Part shown: positions 63,263 to 64,000 of the stretch, one piece after another
How positions within the stretch are numbered: position 1 is the first letter of the stretch
Layout of the letters: every line of letters starts with the position of its first letter
Assembly (NCBI GenBank): GCA_963851325.1
Contig: CAWKOR010000001.1
Coordinates: 2,676,144-2,740,143, forward strand
Reading direction: 5' to 3'
Origin: an uncultured delta proteobacterium
Lineage (GTDB): Bacteria; Desulfobacterota; Binatia; Binatales; Binataceae
DNA length: 64,000 nucleotides
The notes under the pieces: model-generated
Database searches by the model: none
What the model saw: the letters and a program-made list of their open reading frames with translations, nothing else
Told to the model about the DNA's origin: nothing
Made by a program: the position numbers and the translations under genes

Positions 63263-63398
63263 AATCGTACGCTGCAATTCCGGTTGCTAAGTCGCGAGGG
63301 AGCGCTAGACTCGTTGTTGGTCCCGCCCTAGTCTATCGACGGGTAATCTTTTGCGAAGCGTGCTTCGGACTGGCGCTGAATTGAATCAAGGGGGCGCT

Positions 63399-63698
63399 AT
63401 GTACGGCGTGTTATTACTGCCATTTCACGGAGAACCGACGCTGGTGTCGTCCTTTCGTTCGCGCCGTGAATTCCTTGCCGCGATGAGCCTCGACGACAGC
63501 CCCGAAGGTTGGGAGGCCGCGCTCAGATATGAACGGGCGGTTTACGAGATCGTCAGCCCGGCCGAGATCGAAGTGGTCTTGCGCGAAGTTTCCTCCACCT
63601 TTCCCGATTTGTTCGAAGGATGTGCGATCCAGATTGCCGAATGGGTCGATACCCAGCGCGCCAACTCAATCCTCCCCGAAGAGGTCACCTCCGAATAG
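63399..63698 (+). CDS. hypothetical protein
   Basis: About 100-aa ORF with no recognisable domain. Start at the internal Met. Confidence 0.35.
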   Translation: MYGVLLLPFHGEPTLVSSFRSRREFLAAMSLDDSPEGWEAALRYERAVYEIVSPAEIEVVLREVSSTFPDLFEGCAIQIAEWVDTQRANSILPEEVTSE

Positions 63699-63890
63699 AC
63701 CGGTCTACATTCTGTAGGCCGATTCGATTCCTGCCCCACGGCTGATGCGACTTCGCTGCGGCTGGTTGATCTGACCAAACGGTTTTTCCGCGCCCGTGCG
63801 GAACGTTATCTGCGATGTGAGTCCGGCGTGCTTTTCATGCTAGATGTCAGAGAATCCTGACCGCCAGCATTAAAGGTAGAGCAAGCTACT

Positions 63891-64000
63891 CATGATTCCG
63901 AGCAACCTTCTGATCGCCAATCGAGGCGAGATCGCCATTCGCGTGATGCGCGCCGCCGCCGAATTGGGGATTCGCACCACCGCGGTTTTTTCCGAAGACG
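63891..64000 (+). CDS. biotin carboxylase subunit of a biotin-dependent carboxylase (acetyl/propionyl-CoA or pyruvate carboxylase), N-terminal fragment; continues beyond window
   Basis: [36 protein letters not shown] is the canonical biotin carboxylase N-terminus. Confidence 0.7.

Overview
A GC-rich (roughly 65% by eye) bacterial chromosomal segment, densely coding on both strands with about 66 protein-coding genes and no rRNA, tRNA or CRISPR that I can support from the sequence. Most of the window is housekeeping and metabolic genes. These include pyruvate:ferredoxin oxidoreductase (nifJ) with a co-operonic DHOD-like protein, pyrD divergent from a thyX-DUF309-UDG-MoxR-VWA operon, rdgB-ddl, guaB, fabI, gloB and an ftsB-like gene. 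There are two two-component systems (LuxR-type RR plus HisKA_3 kinase; a large multi-PAS hybrid kinase), three luciferase-like (F420-type) oxidoreductases, two MFS transporters and a TetR-P450-P450-MFS cassette. A lower-GC islet carries an ANT(2'')/AadB-family nucleotidyltransferase flanked by a duplicated GNAT gene segment. Features not explained by gene annotation: (i) a family of short conserved motifs (core AAAC[A/G]AACCCAC) clustered in three convergent intergenic regions, one of them a ~89-bp tandem array with hairpins; (ii) a composite palindromic element between ddl and guaB; (iii) an AT-rich intergenic segment with a 33-aa lysine-rich ORF that has a strong RBS and terminator; (iv) apparent single-nucleotide frameshifts in the sensor kinase and in pyrD; (v) terminator-like hairpins directly upstream of the guaB RBS. 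Coordinates for CDS come from the supplied ORF track, with starts refined by internal Met, RBS and homolog N-termini. Coordinates I derived by reading sequence lines are approximate to a few nucleotides.
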